64,000 nucleotides of DNA, from the NCBI GenBank assembly GCA_951406725.2, contig OX597814.1:100254001-100318000 (forward strand), given 5' to 3'. The first letter of the stretch is position 1; each line of letters begins with the position of its first letter. The notes below the pieces were generated by a model. It saw only the letters and a list, made by a program, of their open reading frames with translations. It did no database searches and had not been told where the DNA came from. Below are positions 43,349-58,405 of this stretch, in pieces. The position numbers were made by a program, and so were the translations under genes. The stretch comes from Octopus vulgaris (Eukaryota).

Positions 43349-43649
43349 AGGCGCAATGGCCCAGTGGTTAGGGCAGCGGACTCGCGGTCGTAGGATCGTG
43401 GTTTCGATTCCCAGACCGGGCGTTGTGAGTGTTTATTGAGCGAAAACACCTAAAAAGCTCCACGAAGCTCCGCCAGGGGGTGGTGATCCCTGTCGTACTT
43501 TTTCACCACTCTTTCTCCCACTCTTTCTTCTGTTGGCCTGCTCGCTTAGCCAGCGGGGTGGCCTCATTCGAAGGCTAAAACAATGCGAACTCATTGTGAC
43601 CAGCGATGTGTAACAACATCTGATGATCTGGTCGGTCACGTGATCACGT

Positions 43650-43650
<1 letters not shown>
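43347..43650 (+). mobile_element. SINE family B, full length
   Basis: tRNA-like head ggcccagtggttagggcagcggactcgcggtc...ggtttcgattccc; ends cacgtgatcacgtg. Related copies at 48422 and 55394. Confidence 0.85.
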
Positions 43651-43705
<55 letters not shown>

Positions 43706-43712
<7 letters not shown>

Positions 43713-43915
43713 CGGAATGGTCGTTTTGCCAGTTTAGCCAAAAAAACACACGCACTATATATTTGGTGTTTTCATTTTTTACATTAATCTTAATCTTAAT
43801 CTTATTTCGGCCAGAGTTCTTTTAAAATATATTGGCTAAACTGGCAAAATGACCATTCCTAAATATAACAATACCTGTTTCAACACGACTTCACTTAAAA
43901 AATCTTGCACAGCAA
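43706..43915. repeat. Small inverted-repeat insertion in (TA)n (probable PLE terminal remnant)
   Basis: 43706-43741 and 43832-43867 are reverse complements with 2 mismatches; ~48-bp extension on the right. Confidence 0.6.
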
Positions 43916-43970
43916 ATATATAAACGTATATATATATATACATATATTATATATATATATTTATATATAC

Positions 43971-44001
<31 letters not shown>

Positions 44002-44580
44002 ACATATATATATATATATACGTACTTATGTATTTGCATATATATATATACGTACGTATGTGTGTATATATATGTATGTGCCTGTGTATATATACATATG
44101 TATGCGATTTCCCGGTCTGCCAGTAGCAACCGTGCTTCGGAGTGGAACATTATATGTGCAATTCCATGGTCATTCGTGAGCGAAGTGTGTCTTTACCCTT
44201 TTGCATATAGAATGAGACAGATGGAGTGACATCAATAGATAGGGAGAGAGCGAGAGAGAGAGGGGGGAAGAGAAGGAGAGAGAGAGAAAGACATAGGAGC
44301 GATTAATAAATGTGCGAGAACAACTCAAAGATAGAAGATATGTTGGCAGATAAAAGAGTAATACTTTCATTAAATATAATTCAGAATGGAAACGCATCTA
44401 TATTCAAGATATATAGATTAAAATTTATTGCTGATTTGAATTAGACATGAATGGACTAATTTTTAATTATTGAATTCCAACCGGCATTTCCATTCCCATT
44501 TCATTTACGGCTTTGGTGTTGTAAACTCTAAACTTCCCTATCAATATATATATATATGTGCGCGCCTGTGTGTGTGTGTG

Positions 44581-44684
<104 letters not shown>

Positions 44685-44755
44685 TATACATATATATATA
44701 TAATATAATATAATATAATATAATATAATATAATATAATGTAATATAATATATGC

Positions 44756-44788
<33 letters not shown>

Positions 44789-44859
44789 TAATACATACAT
44801 ACACACATACATACATACATACATACATACATACATACATACATACATACATACATACA

Positions 44860-44895
<36 letters not shown>

Positions 44896-44962
44896 TACGT
44901 GTATGTTTTCATATATATACGTATATGTACATATATATTTTTATTTTTTTATTTTTTTATTC

Positions 44963-45139
44963 CTTTACTTGTTCCAGTCATTCGACTGCGGCCAGGCTGG
45001 AGTGCGGCTTTAGTCGAACAAATCAGCCCCAGGATTTATTCTTTAGAAGCCCAGTACTTATTCTATCGGTCTCTTTAGCTTAACCGTAAGATTACGAGGA
45101 CTTAAACACACCGACATTGGTGTCAAGCGATGGTTTGAG

Positions 45140-45205
<66 letters not shown>

Positions 45206-45211
45206 TACATG

Positions 45212-45242
<31 letters not shown>

Positions 45243-45404
45243 TCGGCGGGATTCATTTATTTTCCGTCCACCAAATCTACTCACAAGGCTTTGGTCGACA
45301 CGCGGCCATAGTAGAAGTCACTTGCCCATGATGTCACGCATTGGGATTGAATCTGGAACCATGTGGTTGGGAAGCAAGCTTCTTACAACACAGCTACTCT
45401 TGCG
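44963..45404 (-). mobile_element. SINE family A copy (diverged)
   Basis: Same blocks as 25991-26396. Confidence 0.75.
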
Positions 45405-45568
45405 CATATATATATATATGTGTATTTGTATATATATTTATATATATATATATATAAATACATACATATATATATATATACATATAATACATACATATAT
45501 ATATACCTTCATATATATAGATATTTATACATTCACGCACGCACACACACACACACACACACATACAT

Positions 45569-45630
<62 letters not shown>

Positions 45631-45669
45631 ATGTGTGTATTTTCCCCTTGTTTACCATCAACACGGAAA

Positions 45670-47525
45670 AAATAGATAAACAGTTACCAGGGTAGCAAAA
45701 AAAAAATCACACAAGTATTACAGACGTAACACCCTGTTTGGAAAGGTAGAAACTCCGGGTTGATGTGAAATATAGTTTGTGTAATATAAATAAATGGAGT
45801 TAAACGCAGGTGTTATTCAAATTCTTTTACTTCCGACATATGTTTCGAAGACAACATTGGTATTATTCCAAAGGAAAAAATGAAATTAAAACAATGTATT
45901 GTTCTCATAAGGGAAAGAAGGAAACCAAACTCATCAATAAGATATTTCAACAGAATGTGATGGATGTGTATAATGATGAACGGAAGGCTATTAAGTATTT
46001 TTTAAAACCCGCTAGAAGATATAACGACAAAGTAGCCTATAGAAAGAGAAGGCGTAAAGGAAAGAAATAAGCAGAAAATAGAAAAAGAAAAATATAGAGT
46101 GACATGTGAATTAAAATAAAGCTTAATGGGTTGGAAAAGATATATCTAGTGGAAGTGAAATGTAAGAAGAAAATCAATGTTCAAATTATATATAATGGTA
46201 GATATCACTTATATGAACTAAAGGTAAGTTTCTGCCAATGTTTACATTGATAAGCACAGTCTATAACCGTGTTTACAAGGGGGTTCTTAGAAAATAGAAT
46301 AGAAAGTAGTTCACTATTACAGAGTTGGCAGAATTATTTGCCTGTATCATATGGGAATGAAATGGAGAGAATCAATCAATCTAAATTAAATTGTTTATTA
46401 TGGTCTTTTAGATAACAAATTCATTTACTAAGCCCTGTACTGTTGCATTTATTACTATCCCTAAATGTAGAGCATTGATTAAAAATTATTTTAGATAACT
46501 GGGAAGAAGAACTACCTATATACAAAAAAGACATCGGCACCTGAAGTAATTTTAAACTGGTATATAGAATTTTTAATCTTAGAATTTCTAGACATAAACC
46601 TAATTCTGTTGGAATTGACTTCAGAGTCAATAACCTTGTTATAAATCTTTCTAGGGGGATGGTTAGTATCAGCTAAATTAATGTTATTATTTTCAGTAAT
46701 TGGATTCTTATTTAACAAACTTATATTATATGTGGATATAAATTGTGAGAGTTTTTTTTATGTTGGAAAAACCAATCCTAACCGTGTGTGAGTTGTTAAT
46801 CGAGTAATATCTAGAATTCTTTGGAAAATTCCTAATAATAGCTTCCCGAAACTGGAAATGAAGATTATATTTAATTTGCCTCCCATAAGGAATAATCAAC
46901 CAAATAGTTTTGCTAGTAGTTGCCTTATGTTTAGTGTAGCTGTCTTTAAAATACCTTTAGAATGAAAATATCTTTAGAATGAAAGAAGGGGCTTAAATAA
47001 CGTTTATCTCCCTTACGTTGTAAAAAAAACTTCCTCTGTTTGGTGTTGGCGTATGAATTGAAATTGAAATCGTTCATATCGTTACAACAAGATTTCATGT
47101 CTCCATTACTAAAGGTAGAATAAGACTGAATAGAATTAATGTAGGTAACTTTTTCTGTATAGCCTGCTTTAAGTGAGGGAGAGTTATAAAATTCAGCCTT
47201 GTCGTTGAAAATGTCAACATTAGCAGATAACTTAGACAATCTAAATGAAATATTCTTGACTAAGTTCTTAGTGATTGCCCTAGTATGATTACTGAACTGG
47301 CTAATATACTTAAGATTGGTTGATGGTTTGTGGTATAGGAAGTACGAATTATTGTGTAAGTTAAGTGTAATATCTAAAAAGTTGGCTTTCGTTACATCAT
47401 CAAAAAACGATGCCTAAGCCCATTCTACGGAAAAATTTCACCAAACTATTCTTAACCTTTAGTTAGAAATATTTTGAAGTTAGAGTAAACAATCATCACG
47501 ATATAGACCACCATTGATGCTTGGT
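45670..47525 (-). mobile_element. Decayed Penelope-like element of Naiad type (RT C-terminal half, GIY-YIG, 3' UTR)
   Basis: Minus-strand translation with stops and frameshifts: GGLYRDDCL...ANFLDITLNL...YHKP...YISQFSNH...KNISFRLSKLS...KAGY...IWLIIPY...NSIYQ...NSTGLSK...CQLCNSE...CKH. Confidence 0.75.
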
Positions 47526-47544
47526 AACTGGGACTAACTGGAAG

Positions 47545-48380
47545 ATAGTCTCAGAACGTGTGTTACATATCTGCATAAGCTAGGGTATTATGGACGAGCA
47601 GCTAGAAGAAAACTTCTCCTTCAACTAATTAATCTCATGAAAAGAAAGAAATGGGCTATGGAGATGTCAGAAAAATCCAGTTCATTTTAGGATAGAGTGA
47701 TTTTCTCAGATGAATCCAGGTTTGCATTATTTTCAGACAGTGGACGTGTTTGGGTCTGGAGGCTTCCCAATCAAGAATTTCATTTGAAACGACTGCAACC
47801 AACTGTGAAACATGGCGGTATCTCTGTAATGGTATGGGGAGCTGTCGCCACCAATAGTCCTTCTGAGCTGATCGAATGTGTTGGAACCATAAACTCTGAA
47901 AAATACATCGAAATACATAAGCAAGGACTACTTCCGTTGTATTCACATGATAACATAACGAAAAAGGAGTTTTTATTCATGGAAGATGGGGCTCCATGCC
48001 ACACAGCGAAAACGATTCAACAATGGCTGACTAAAAATGGGATCAAAAAGCTTCCTTGGCCGAGACAATCTCCTGACATGACCCCAATTGAAAATCTTTG
48101 GAGCATACTAGATAGAGCTATACGAAAGACTCGACAGAAACCTAAATCTAAAGATGAATTGTTTCGATTGTTGCGTGAAAAATGGGTAGAAATTCCACAA
48201 GAGACAATCACAAAGCTCATCGCTTCAATGCCAAAAAGAGTTTCTGAATAAAAAACTGCAAAGGTAATGTCAACTAAATACTAAAGTATGTAGTTCTTAC
48301 CTATCGAGTACATTTCAATTGTTCGCTTTGCGTATTAAATAAAATGTTTTGAAAATTAAAGGTGTCTGTTTATTTCCTGC
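47545..48380 (+). mobile_element. Tc1 (DD34E) transposon fragment, 5'-truncated
   Basis: VIFSDESRF, KHGGISVMVWG, FMEDGAPCH and WPRQSPDMTPIENLW, with 34 residues between the second D and E. Upstream LHKLGYYGRAARRK is broken by a stop or frameshift; premature stop at 48251. Confidence 0.9.
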
Positions 48381-48421
48381 ATATATATATATGTGCATAC
48401 ATATATATATATGACTCATGT

Positions 48422-48717
48422 GGATGCGCAATGGCCCAGTGGTTCGTGCAGCGGACTCGCGGTCGTAGGATTGTGGATTCGATTCCCAGACCGGGCGTTG
48501 TGAGTGTTTATTGAGCGAAAACACCTAAAGCTCTACGAAGCTCCGACAGTGGGCTGGATCGATCCCTGCTATACTCTTTCGCCGCAACTTTCTCTCACTC
48601 TTTCTTCTCGCTTAGCCAGCGGGATGGCGTCATTTGAAGGCTAAAACAATGCGAAGCGCATTGTGATCAGCGATGTGTAGCAACATCTGATAGCCTAGTC
48701 GGTCACGTGATCACGTG
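48422..48717 (+). mobile_element. SINE family B
   Basis: Highly similar to 43347-43650. Confidence 0.85.
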
Positions 48718-49199
48718 GTATGACTCATTTCGTACTTGCTTCAGTCATCTCAGTTATTGGCCTGCAGCGAGTTTTGAAGAGTTTAACCGGTCAGATCAAC
48801 CGCCATACTTACTTATTAAAGTTTGGTACTTAAATGTATGACTACTTCTGCCGAATCGGTATATATTTCCCCTCCACCACCGCAGCCTAAGGCAATAAAA
48901 CTATACTTAGACGTGCATATTTTTATCAATTCCCTGTACTAACTTGCCTCAGCATCCTGAGCGCCCACAGAAGAATCTGAGGAGAACAAGAGATTGACTC
49001 TACCAAACTATATTATTTTACTCTGCAATAATAGTCATTCCTCCTTTTTCAAACAGATTACACAAAACGTGTGCATGTGTATGTGTGTGTATACGCACAC
49101 ATATATACATATATATGTATGTGTATATATATGTGTGTGTATGTATGTATGTATGTATGCATGTTTATATATATTTAATTGTTTCTGTGTATGTGGTTA

Positions 49200-49250
<51 letters not shown>

Positions 49251-49980
49251 ATATATAATTGATTTTGTATATGTGGGTAATATATATGTATGTATATATA
49301 TATATCCCAAACAAACGAGTGAAAAGTGGAATCGATTTCTATCTTTTCATTTTCCAGAAATATTTTGTACATATCCTGTGTGTTTTGATTGAGTTTCAAT
49401 CAATACCTACCATTTCCTTATCATTTCTATACCATTTCTGTTTGTAAGCATTGTAGTTCACACACATTCGAGTCTCTGTGTGGAGGTGTGGGTATGCCAA
49501 AAAAAAAACAGTTAAAAAATCGGAAAAAAACACACACACACGCTCCCAAAATGACGTTCGTTTCGACTCATTGTTTGCTTATTGAATAGATCGTTGGTGA
49601 ACACACAGACACGTTCTCTTTGGAGAGTGTTTAGTAAAATACTACACAAAAATGTGTTATTTTATGTTGTGTAACATTTCACTTGCTCATTCCATTATAG
49701 ATACCGCTGCAGTATTGAACAATTTTTGTGTGGTTGTGGGGTTTTTGCCCTCTTTGTATTTCTTTTTTTCTAGCCGGTTCTACATTTACTTCTAAAAGAA
49801 TATGTCAGAATAATCAGCATGGCGCACTAGTCGCCTAAACATGTGTCAACGAGGGCAACTCTTACCGCAACGCTGTACCTGCCAGAAATATCAGTCAAAT
49901 TTTCCTATGTATGCATGTATATACGTATGTATGTTTGCATAGATTGTTAGATAGATAGATTGATAGATAGACAGACAGAC

Positions 49981-50056
<76 letters not shown>

Positions 50057-50057
50057 G

Positions 50058-50134
<77 letters not shown>

Positions 50135-50139
50135 ATTTG

Positions 50140-51013
50140 TTTCTTTATTAGCCACACAGGGCTGAACACAAAGGGGACAAAATACAATGTAGAGCTTTTC
50201 TTTTTGGGAAGAGATAAAAAAGGGGGTAGAAATTCGATCAAAAGGGATCGTGGAATAAAAAAGGCCGATCAATAGGGATCATGTATCACAGAAATGTCAT
50301 AATGTAAAAAGGGGAAACAGATTAGGTTTATCCATGGAAAGAAAAGCCTGCGAAAAAAAACCCACGGAATCCTCGGGCAATAATGTCATACAAAAACGCT
50401 TTACAGTAATTGACTCTTTTTTTTTCCTTTCTATTTTTGGTTCATAGGATTATGCTCAAGGTGGCTCCGTAATTCATCCGTGCCATCCTTGCTACATTCA
50501 CCCATCTTCTTTTGAAACATTCACTAAACAAAACTTCCCTCTACTACCACCTTCCTCTTCAAGTGATACTTGAAGAAGTTGATGAGAGATTGACCTGAGA
50601 GGAAAGTATTTGTCTCTAGACCTTTCAGACGCGTCCACCATACACATTCTTTCGCCATAGCCACAAGTACGATGAAAATGGCTCCTGCTTCCCGTTTCAA
50701 GGAAGGAGGCGCGACAATATTCACAATAGACTCGGTTGGTAAACTGACTCGTCCCACACGCAATAGCAGTCGTTCGACACCGGCCCACAGGTCGGAAAGG
50801 GTTGGACACTGTACGAATGCATGCTGAACAGTTTCGTCGCTCTGACCGCATCTCGGGTAGGTCGGCCCCGTGTTTCTCGAGCCATGTCTGTAGAGCTAAT
50901 CCCGAACGGGTAGCGCTTCTCGATAGCACTGACAGGCCAGGGATCTTTGGAAGTTGTCAATAGATCCCGGCCCGAAAATCGTCTTGAACAGGCGGGTCAG
51001 GTATTCCTCGTAG
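50140..51013 (-). mobile_element. L1/Tx1-clade LINE 3' fragment (C-terminal zinc-knuckle region plus 3' UTR)
   Basis: Translation DNFQRSLACQCYREALPVRD*LYRHG...PRCGQSDETVQHAFVQCP...LW...AMAKECVWWTR resembles the zf-RVT region. 3' end aataaagaaa runs into (TATC)n. Confidence 0.75.
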
Positions 51014-51024
51014 ACACACACATA

Positions 51025-51745
<721 letters not shown>

Positions 51746-53189
51746 AGATATATATGAGAGCTTGTGTATACGTCTGCTTGTACCACACACGCGCGGTCGT
51801 AGTAACAAGGGCACTACCTCGCAGTTAGATGTTACAAATGCATTGTGACTAATCAGATATTTAGAATAATCCGAACTGCAACAACGAAAACTCTAATTGA
51901 CATTTGAACACGGACACACAAACACAACAACACCATATCAATCTTTGCCTCTTTAAACTTTACGTAAATAAAAACGGACAAACATACACGGGGACAATTC
52001 AGAGAGAAAGAGAGAGAGAGACTTGACTCGGGTTAGTCAAACGGCTTCAAATGGCTACAAACGCATCCTCAAAGCACACTATTTATGTTGTTTCAATATT
52101 AGAGGATTTATTGCATAAAGAGTGTATGTACGAATAAAAATAAGTAAAAACACAAAACAAAAAGGAGCAAGATCCGAAGTGAAAACCGTTGAATCACAGA
52201 TTTCATAATATCTTGTTTTAAAAGTATTTTGGTGTAAAACTAATATATAATTAGAAAACATAATATCGTCAAAGGACTTTTTAGCACAATTAGCCAAACA
52301 TTTGGAACACATTAATTTCTAAAGTGACAACTACTACGACAAATGATGTTATGTACTTACTTTTGCTAGCAATGAAAATAGCGACGCAATATAAGAAATC
52401 CTCGCAACAAGTGTAACTGCCATTAATAGCCTTTCGATTAAATAGCTTAAACATTTATGGTTTATCAGTGAATGAAAAGAAAATATCTTGTAATATTGAA
52501 CACAACGTTTAAGCTTAATGAATAATGATTTTAACCAAATTATTGCTTAACAACAATTAATACAGTTAGTGCAAATTAATTTTCAGTTCAATTTGTATTG
52601 TAGATTTTGTTTGTCAAATACAAAAAGCGCTTTTGATGAGGAGGATCTTCCACTTGTATCATCTAATTGAAGATGAAATAATTGTGTGGTGGATGAGCTG
52701 GTTAAGCAAAAAAGGTGTTGTTATTTCGGTATTTCGGACAAAAAAGCCTTCAGTTTGTAATCTAACACTGTATATTTCATTGGACGTATCAAAGTCAATA
52801 ACTTAGTTGAGGCTGAGAAATACTAGCCAACAAGTGAATCTCTACGCGGTATCTTAGCCTGGTATTCTATTATTTCTATTAGAATAATATTTTGAAAATA
52901 ATAGGCGTAAAGAACAAGTGAAATACTCAATCAATATCTTAGAAAAAGCACAACTATCTGGTCCTGTTAAGGGTCTGTTTAGCTATATTGTCAGATATGG
53001 TGTGCAGTAAATTTCGGTTCGACTTCCAACAAACTGAGCAATCATCTCCATCGACCCCTTGTTAACTAGTCCGCTTCTTATATATTTTCGCTCAATGAAT
53101 ATTTCATGAGATCTATACAGAGTCGTATATACCGAAAAGTCACCATTCAATTTACGTTCCCGCCAAACGATCCTGTGTGTTTATAAGAT

Positions 53190-53396
53190 ATTAGTTTCAA
53201 ATTTTGGCACAAGGCCAGCAATTTTGGGAGAGAGTTGTAAGTTGATTACATTGAACCTAGTATTCAGCTGATACTTATTTTATCGACCCGAAATAGATAA
53301 AAGGCAAAATAGATGATGGCGGTTTCTGAACTCAAAACTGAAAGCCAGACGAAAAACCGCTGAGCCTTTTCCCTGGCATGCTGGCTATTCTGCCAG
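53190..53396 (-). mobile_element. SINE family D copy (diverged)
   Basis: ggcacaaggccagcaatttt...tacttattttatcgacccgaa...ttctgccag. Confidence 0.65.
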
Positions 53397-54199
53397 TATT
53401 TTACAGATATTGACATTCTTAGAACTAGGTGAGATTTAAACGTCTCGTTCATCTGCTGCTTTCTTTTCTCATTTTTGTTCATTATTCTATTGATTAATGA
53501 ATTATTCGTTCTCACTGTCACATTTCGTTCTTATATTAAATTTTATTTCTTAAACATCACAAGCTCTCACTTCTTTGATTTCAATTCTTTTCCTCGTTCT
53601 CTGTGTATGTATGTATGTATGTACGTATGTATGTGTGTGCGCATGTATGTGTCTACCTATCTATCTGTTATATCACTGTCTCTCTCTCTCTCTCTCTCTA
53701 CCTACATACCTGTCATTTTTCAATGGCGGTAAGACTAAAAGCGCCTATATACATACACGCATACATACATAGATTCATACATACATATAAAGAGTTATGC
53801 ATACACGCACATACACACATATATAAAATTCTTTGCCTATCTGTTCCCTATTATTCTCAAACGACTCCACCAACTCAAATCAAGTTTTACAAGGTAATGC
53901 TATTAGAACCCGCGAGTGTCAACATGTAACTTTTATTTTCCTTTTGACTAAAACCATAGATTTCATCTAAAATAATCTTTCTATAGTCAACTATAGTAAA
54001 GAACATTTTAATCTACGACAACGACGTCGGCGGCGTCACAATTTATATATGAGTGTGTATGTATCGGTGAGAGTGTGTGTGTTTGGGCGTCGGCTACGTA
54101 AATCTATACCTATGTGTGTCTGTCTTAATATATGTAGGTGAGTGTATGTATGTATCAGTGTATATGAGAGCGCATGTGTGTGTCAGTGCATACGTGATT

Positions 54200-55285
54200 G
54201 TCAAATGCACTGATGTAAAGTGGCTATGTGAAAGAGCTATTCTGGCTCCAACTAATGAAATGGTTGATAAACTCAATTATGAAATTCTTCAAAAGTTAAC
54301 AAATACATCAGAAATGACTTTTCCATCAATGCACATGGCAGTCGATCAAGATCAGGCTGTTCAATAGTCTGTTGAATTCCTGAACATACTAAAACCCATT
54401 CGGATGCCAACGCATAAATTGATACTAAAGCTGGATGCTTATATGTTGCCTAACAATCTTGAGCACCTTCGCCTGTGTAATTGGAACTCGCTTAATTGTT
54501 GCTTCCATGGAACCCTATGTCTTGCAAGTAACAATCATAACAGGTAGTCACAAAAAATGTCTCTACTCCAAAATGTCCTCTCATACCTACAGATGTTTCA
54601 TTTAAATCTAAGGGGCTTCAGTTTCCAGTCAAACTAAATTTTGGTATTTCAATTAACAAATCTCAGGGTCAATACCTCAAGGTAGCTGGACTTCATATTT
54701 CTATTACATGCATCTCCGAGGGCCAAATCTTTTGGTTGCTTACGAGTTGGAAGTAGCAACAATTTATTCATTTGAACACCAACAAAAAATATTCGTTTCT
54801 AATCTAGGCACAAGGCCCGAAATTTTAGAGCAGTGGGGGCCAGTCGATTAGATCGACCCAGTATGCAACTGGTACGTAATTTATCAACCCCGAAAGGATG
54901 AAAGGCAAATTCGACGTCGGCGTAATTTGAACTCAGAGCATAAAGACACAACATACGTATTTCACAAGGGGCTAAACACAGAGAGGACAAACAAGGACAG
55001 ACAAACGTATTAAGTCGATTATATCGACCCCAGTGCGTAACTGGTACTTAATTTATCGACCCTACCGTTAAGCATTTCACATTGCATGCTAATGATTCTG
55101 CCAGCTCTCCACCTTACACTAAGAACGATATTATACAATGATTTTCAGTTCTAAATCCTATTATCATTATCATTTAAAATAAAATATAGATATTTTGAAA
55201 TAATTATGAGAAAAAATATATATCTTCATATTTATTGTTTACTAATCTGAATAAGAGCAGCAATAACCCGGGCAATTCAGTTAGA
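54200..55285 (+). pseudogene. Decayed Helitron 3' fragment (Pif1-family helicase C-terminus), interrupted by SINE D at ~54797-55115
   Basis: KWLCERAILAPTNEMV...VEFLN...HKLILK...RLCN-GTRLIV...IITG...LQFPVKLNFGISINKSQGQ...RVG, with stops and frameshifts. Ends with a degenerate cccgggcaattcagttag terminus. Confidence 0.8.
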
Positions 55286-55342
55286 ATATATGTATGTATG
55301 TGTGTATGCATATATGTATGTATATATATGTATAAGCATATT

Positions 55343-55393
<51 letters not shown>

Positions 55394-55399
<6 letters not shown>

Positions 55400-55696
55400 A
55401 TCACGTGACCGACCAGGCCATCAGATGTTGTTACACATCGCTGGTCACAATACGTTCGCATTGTTTTAGCCTTCGAATGACGCCACCCCGCTGGCTAAGC
55501 GAGCAGGCCAACAGAAGAAAGAGTGGGAGAAAGTGTGGTGAAAGAGTACAGCAGGGATCACCACCTCCTACCGGAGCCTCGTGGAGCCTTTTAGGTGTTT
55601 TCGATCAATAAACACTCACAACGCCCGGTCTGGGAATCGAAACCGCGATCCTTCGACCGCGAGTCCGCTGCCCTAACCACTGGGCCATTGCGCCTC

Positions 55697-55697
<1 letters not shown>
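55394..55697 (-). mobile_element. SINE family B
   Basis: Reverse complement of 43347-43650. Confidence 0.85.
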
Positions 55698-55768
<71 letters not shown>

Positions 55769-56025
55769 GGTATATATACACATATACATTCATATATATA
55801 CATACATAAATATATGAACATTTATATACACATGCACACGCGCGCGCGCTCGTTCGTGCGTGAGTGTGCATGTGTGCTTTGTGTGTATGACTGCCGTTGT
55901 ACCCGTCTAATTCCATTGTCAGTAAAACTAAAACTAAAACCCATAGCGCACACACACATGCACACACACATGCACACACACACACATGCACACACAAACA
56001 CACACACACGCACAAACACACACAT

Positions 56026-56082
<57 letters not shown>

Positions 56083-56321
56083 TATATGTATATACATATA
56101 AATATACACATAAATGTATTGTTTGGGGCCTGAGTTACAGTGCTCCGGTTGAGTGTATCGATGTTCAGTCTCTTTCAGATGTCCTTAATCATAGGCATAG
56201 ACCCCAACCCCTGCCACACACACACACACACACACATATAGGCATAGATAGATAGATTGATAGATAGATATAGGCATAGATATAGACAGACAGATAGATA
56301 GCTCGATAGATAAATAAATAA

Positions 56322-56372
<51 letters not shown>

Positions 56373-56623
56373 CATACATACATACATACATACATACATA
56401 CATACATACATACGTACATACATAGATGTACCCACACGTTTGGTTACTCACATATGCATAACTACCTACATACATACAAACGTGCATTCATCCCTTTGTA
56501 CATAAATGCATACATACATACATACGTACATGTGTATGTGTTTGAGTTGTCTTAGGTGCTTGTCGTGTGTCCCCCTATATTTTGTCTATATGCGCATGCG
56601 ATTTTGTTTATCTGTGTGTGCGT

Positions 56624-56658
<35 letters not shown>

Positions 56659-57579
56659 CAAGAGCGATAGACAGTGTTTGTGTATGTGTCAGTATATGTC
56701 CATATGCGGGTGTTATTTCGTGTAGATGTTTACATATAAATACACATGCATCAGACCAGATAGGTGGAAAAAAAAGCGCACGCACACACACACACATACG
56801 TATAACACTAAAGCTCACACAATGGCAGTAGCTTACACAGTCAAAGCTCAAATAAATAAATAAATCCACTCCACACAGCACAAGCGACACTTTCAGTACA
56901 CGCCCATTTCACTGTGAGAATAATAACCCAAATAACATAGTGGGAGGAGAGACAAAGATAGGCAGAGCAAAAAATAAAATACAATGCAATACAATAAAAA
57001 AAAATTAATAGCTGGCAACCGAAGACAAACCCATGTTATAATTTTCGTTCACCAGCAAGCATTTTTCAAAAATTCTCTCTCTAATAACCCCAATGTTCTT
57101 ATAATGTTTTTCTCCTTTTTGGTTCTTTTGTTATTCATTTGAACAATTTCGTTATTCGTATCCATTACAAGCTAGATAGGATCTGTAGTTCGTGTTCGTT
57201 TGTGTTCTTGTTTATATTCCAGTAAAATGAATGTGCAAGGACAAGTGTATATTCTGGCAACGGGATTATGTAGTTGAAATGAAATATAGTTTTATATGGG
57301 ATCTGTGAAAGGATATTATGGAAAAAATTACATAGAGAATGGATATTCTGGTGGGTTTTTTTCTATTTTATTTTAAACAGAATGTAACAGCTGTCTTAAA
57401 CTTGAGATACACGTGTACACACGCATCGACAAACAAACAAACAACCAAATATAAGCATTAATGTGCGAGTGTGTCACTGTGCAAGCGTGTATATACATAC
57501 ATATATATATATATATACATACATACATACATACATATGTGTGTGTACACACACACACACATATATATATACATACGTG

Positions 57580-57663
<84 letters not shown>

Positions 57664-57683
57664 TGTCTAAATATATGCATGTG

Positions 57684-57725
<42 letters not shown>

Positions 57726-57764
57726 TATATACGTGTTTGTATACACACAAATATATATATATAT

Positions 57765-58164
57765 AGGAGTGGCTGTGTGGCAAGAAGCTTGCTAACCAAC
57801 CACATGGTTCCAGGTTCAGTCCCACTGCGTGGCACCTTGGGCAGTTGTCTTCTACTACAACCTCGGGCCGACCAAAGCTTTGTGAATGGATTTGAATGAC
57901 GGAAACCGAAAGAAGCCCGTCGTATATATATTTTATATTTTAGATATTTTATATCAGCGCTATGATAGAACGTTAGCCACTACACACATTTTTTCTCTCC
58001 TTTTTTTCTCTCTCCTTGTTTCTCTCCTTGTTTTTTTCTGTGTCCCTTTCTGTAGAAGAGCGTAGGCTCGAAACGTAAATGGCTTTTTCTATTCCTGAGC
58101 GTTATACTAATACATCTGTTTCTTTTGTACACCACCTGTCTTCGTCTTTTTTTTCGTAAACTCT

Positions 58165-58203
<39 letters not shown>

Positions 58204-58372
58204 CGCGGGAGTGGCTGTGTGGTGAGTAGCTTTCTAACCAACCACATGGTTCCGGGTTCAGTCCCACTGCGTGGCATCTTGGGCAAGTGTCTTCTGCTAT
58301 AGCCTCGGGCCGACCAATGCCTTGTGAGTGGATTTGGTAGACGGAAACTGAAAGAAGCCTGTCGTATATATG

Positions 58373-58405
<33 letters not shown>

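Noticed and set aside
43347-43420. SINE heads as functional tRNA genes
   Set aside because: They have A and B boxes but no complete cloverleaf and continue into multi-copy SINE bodies.
46210-47525. In-frame TGA codons in the Naiad-like ORF as selenocysteine
   Set aside because: The copy also has TAA stops and frameshifts, the TGAs I saw are not at Cys positions, and no SECIS was recognised.
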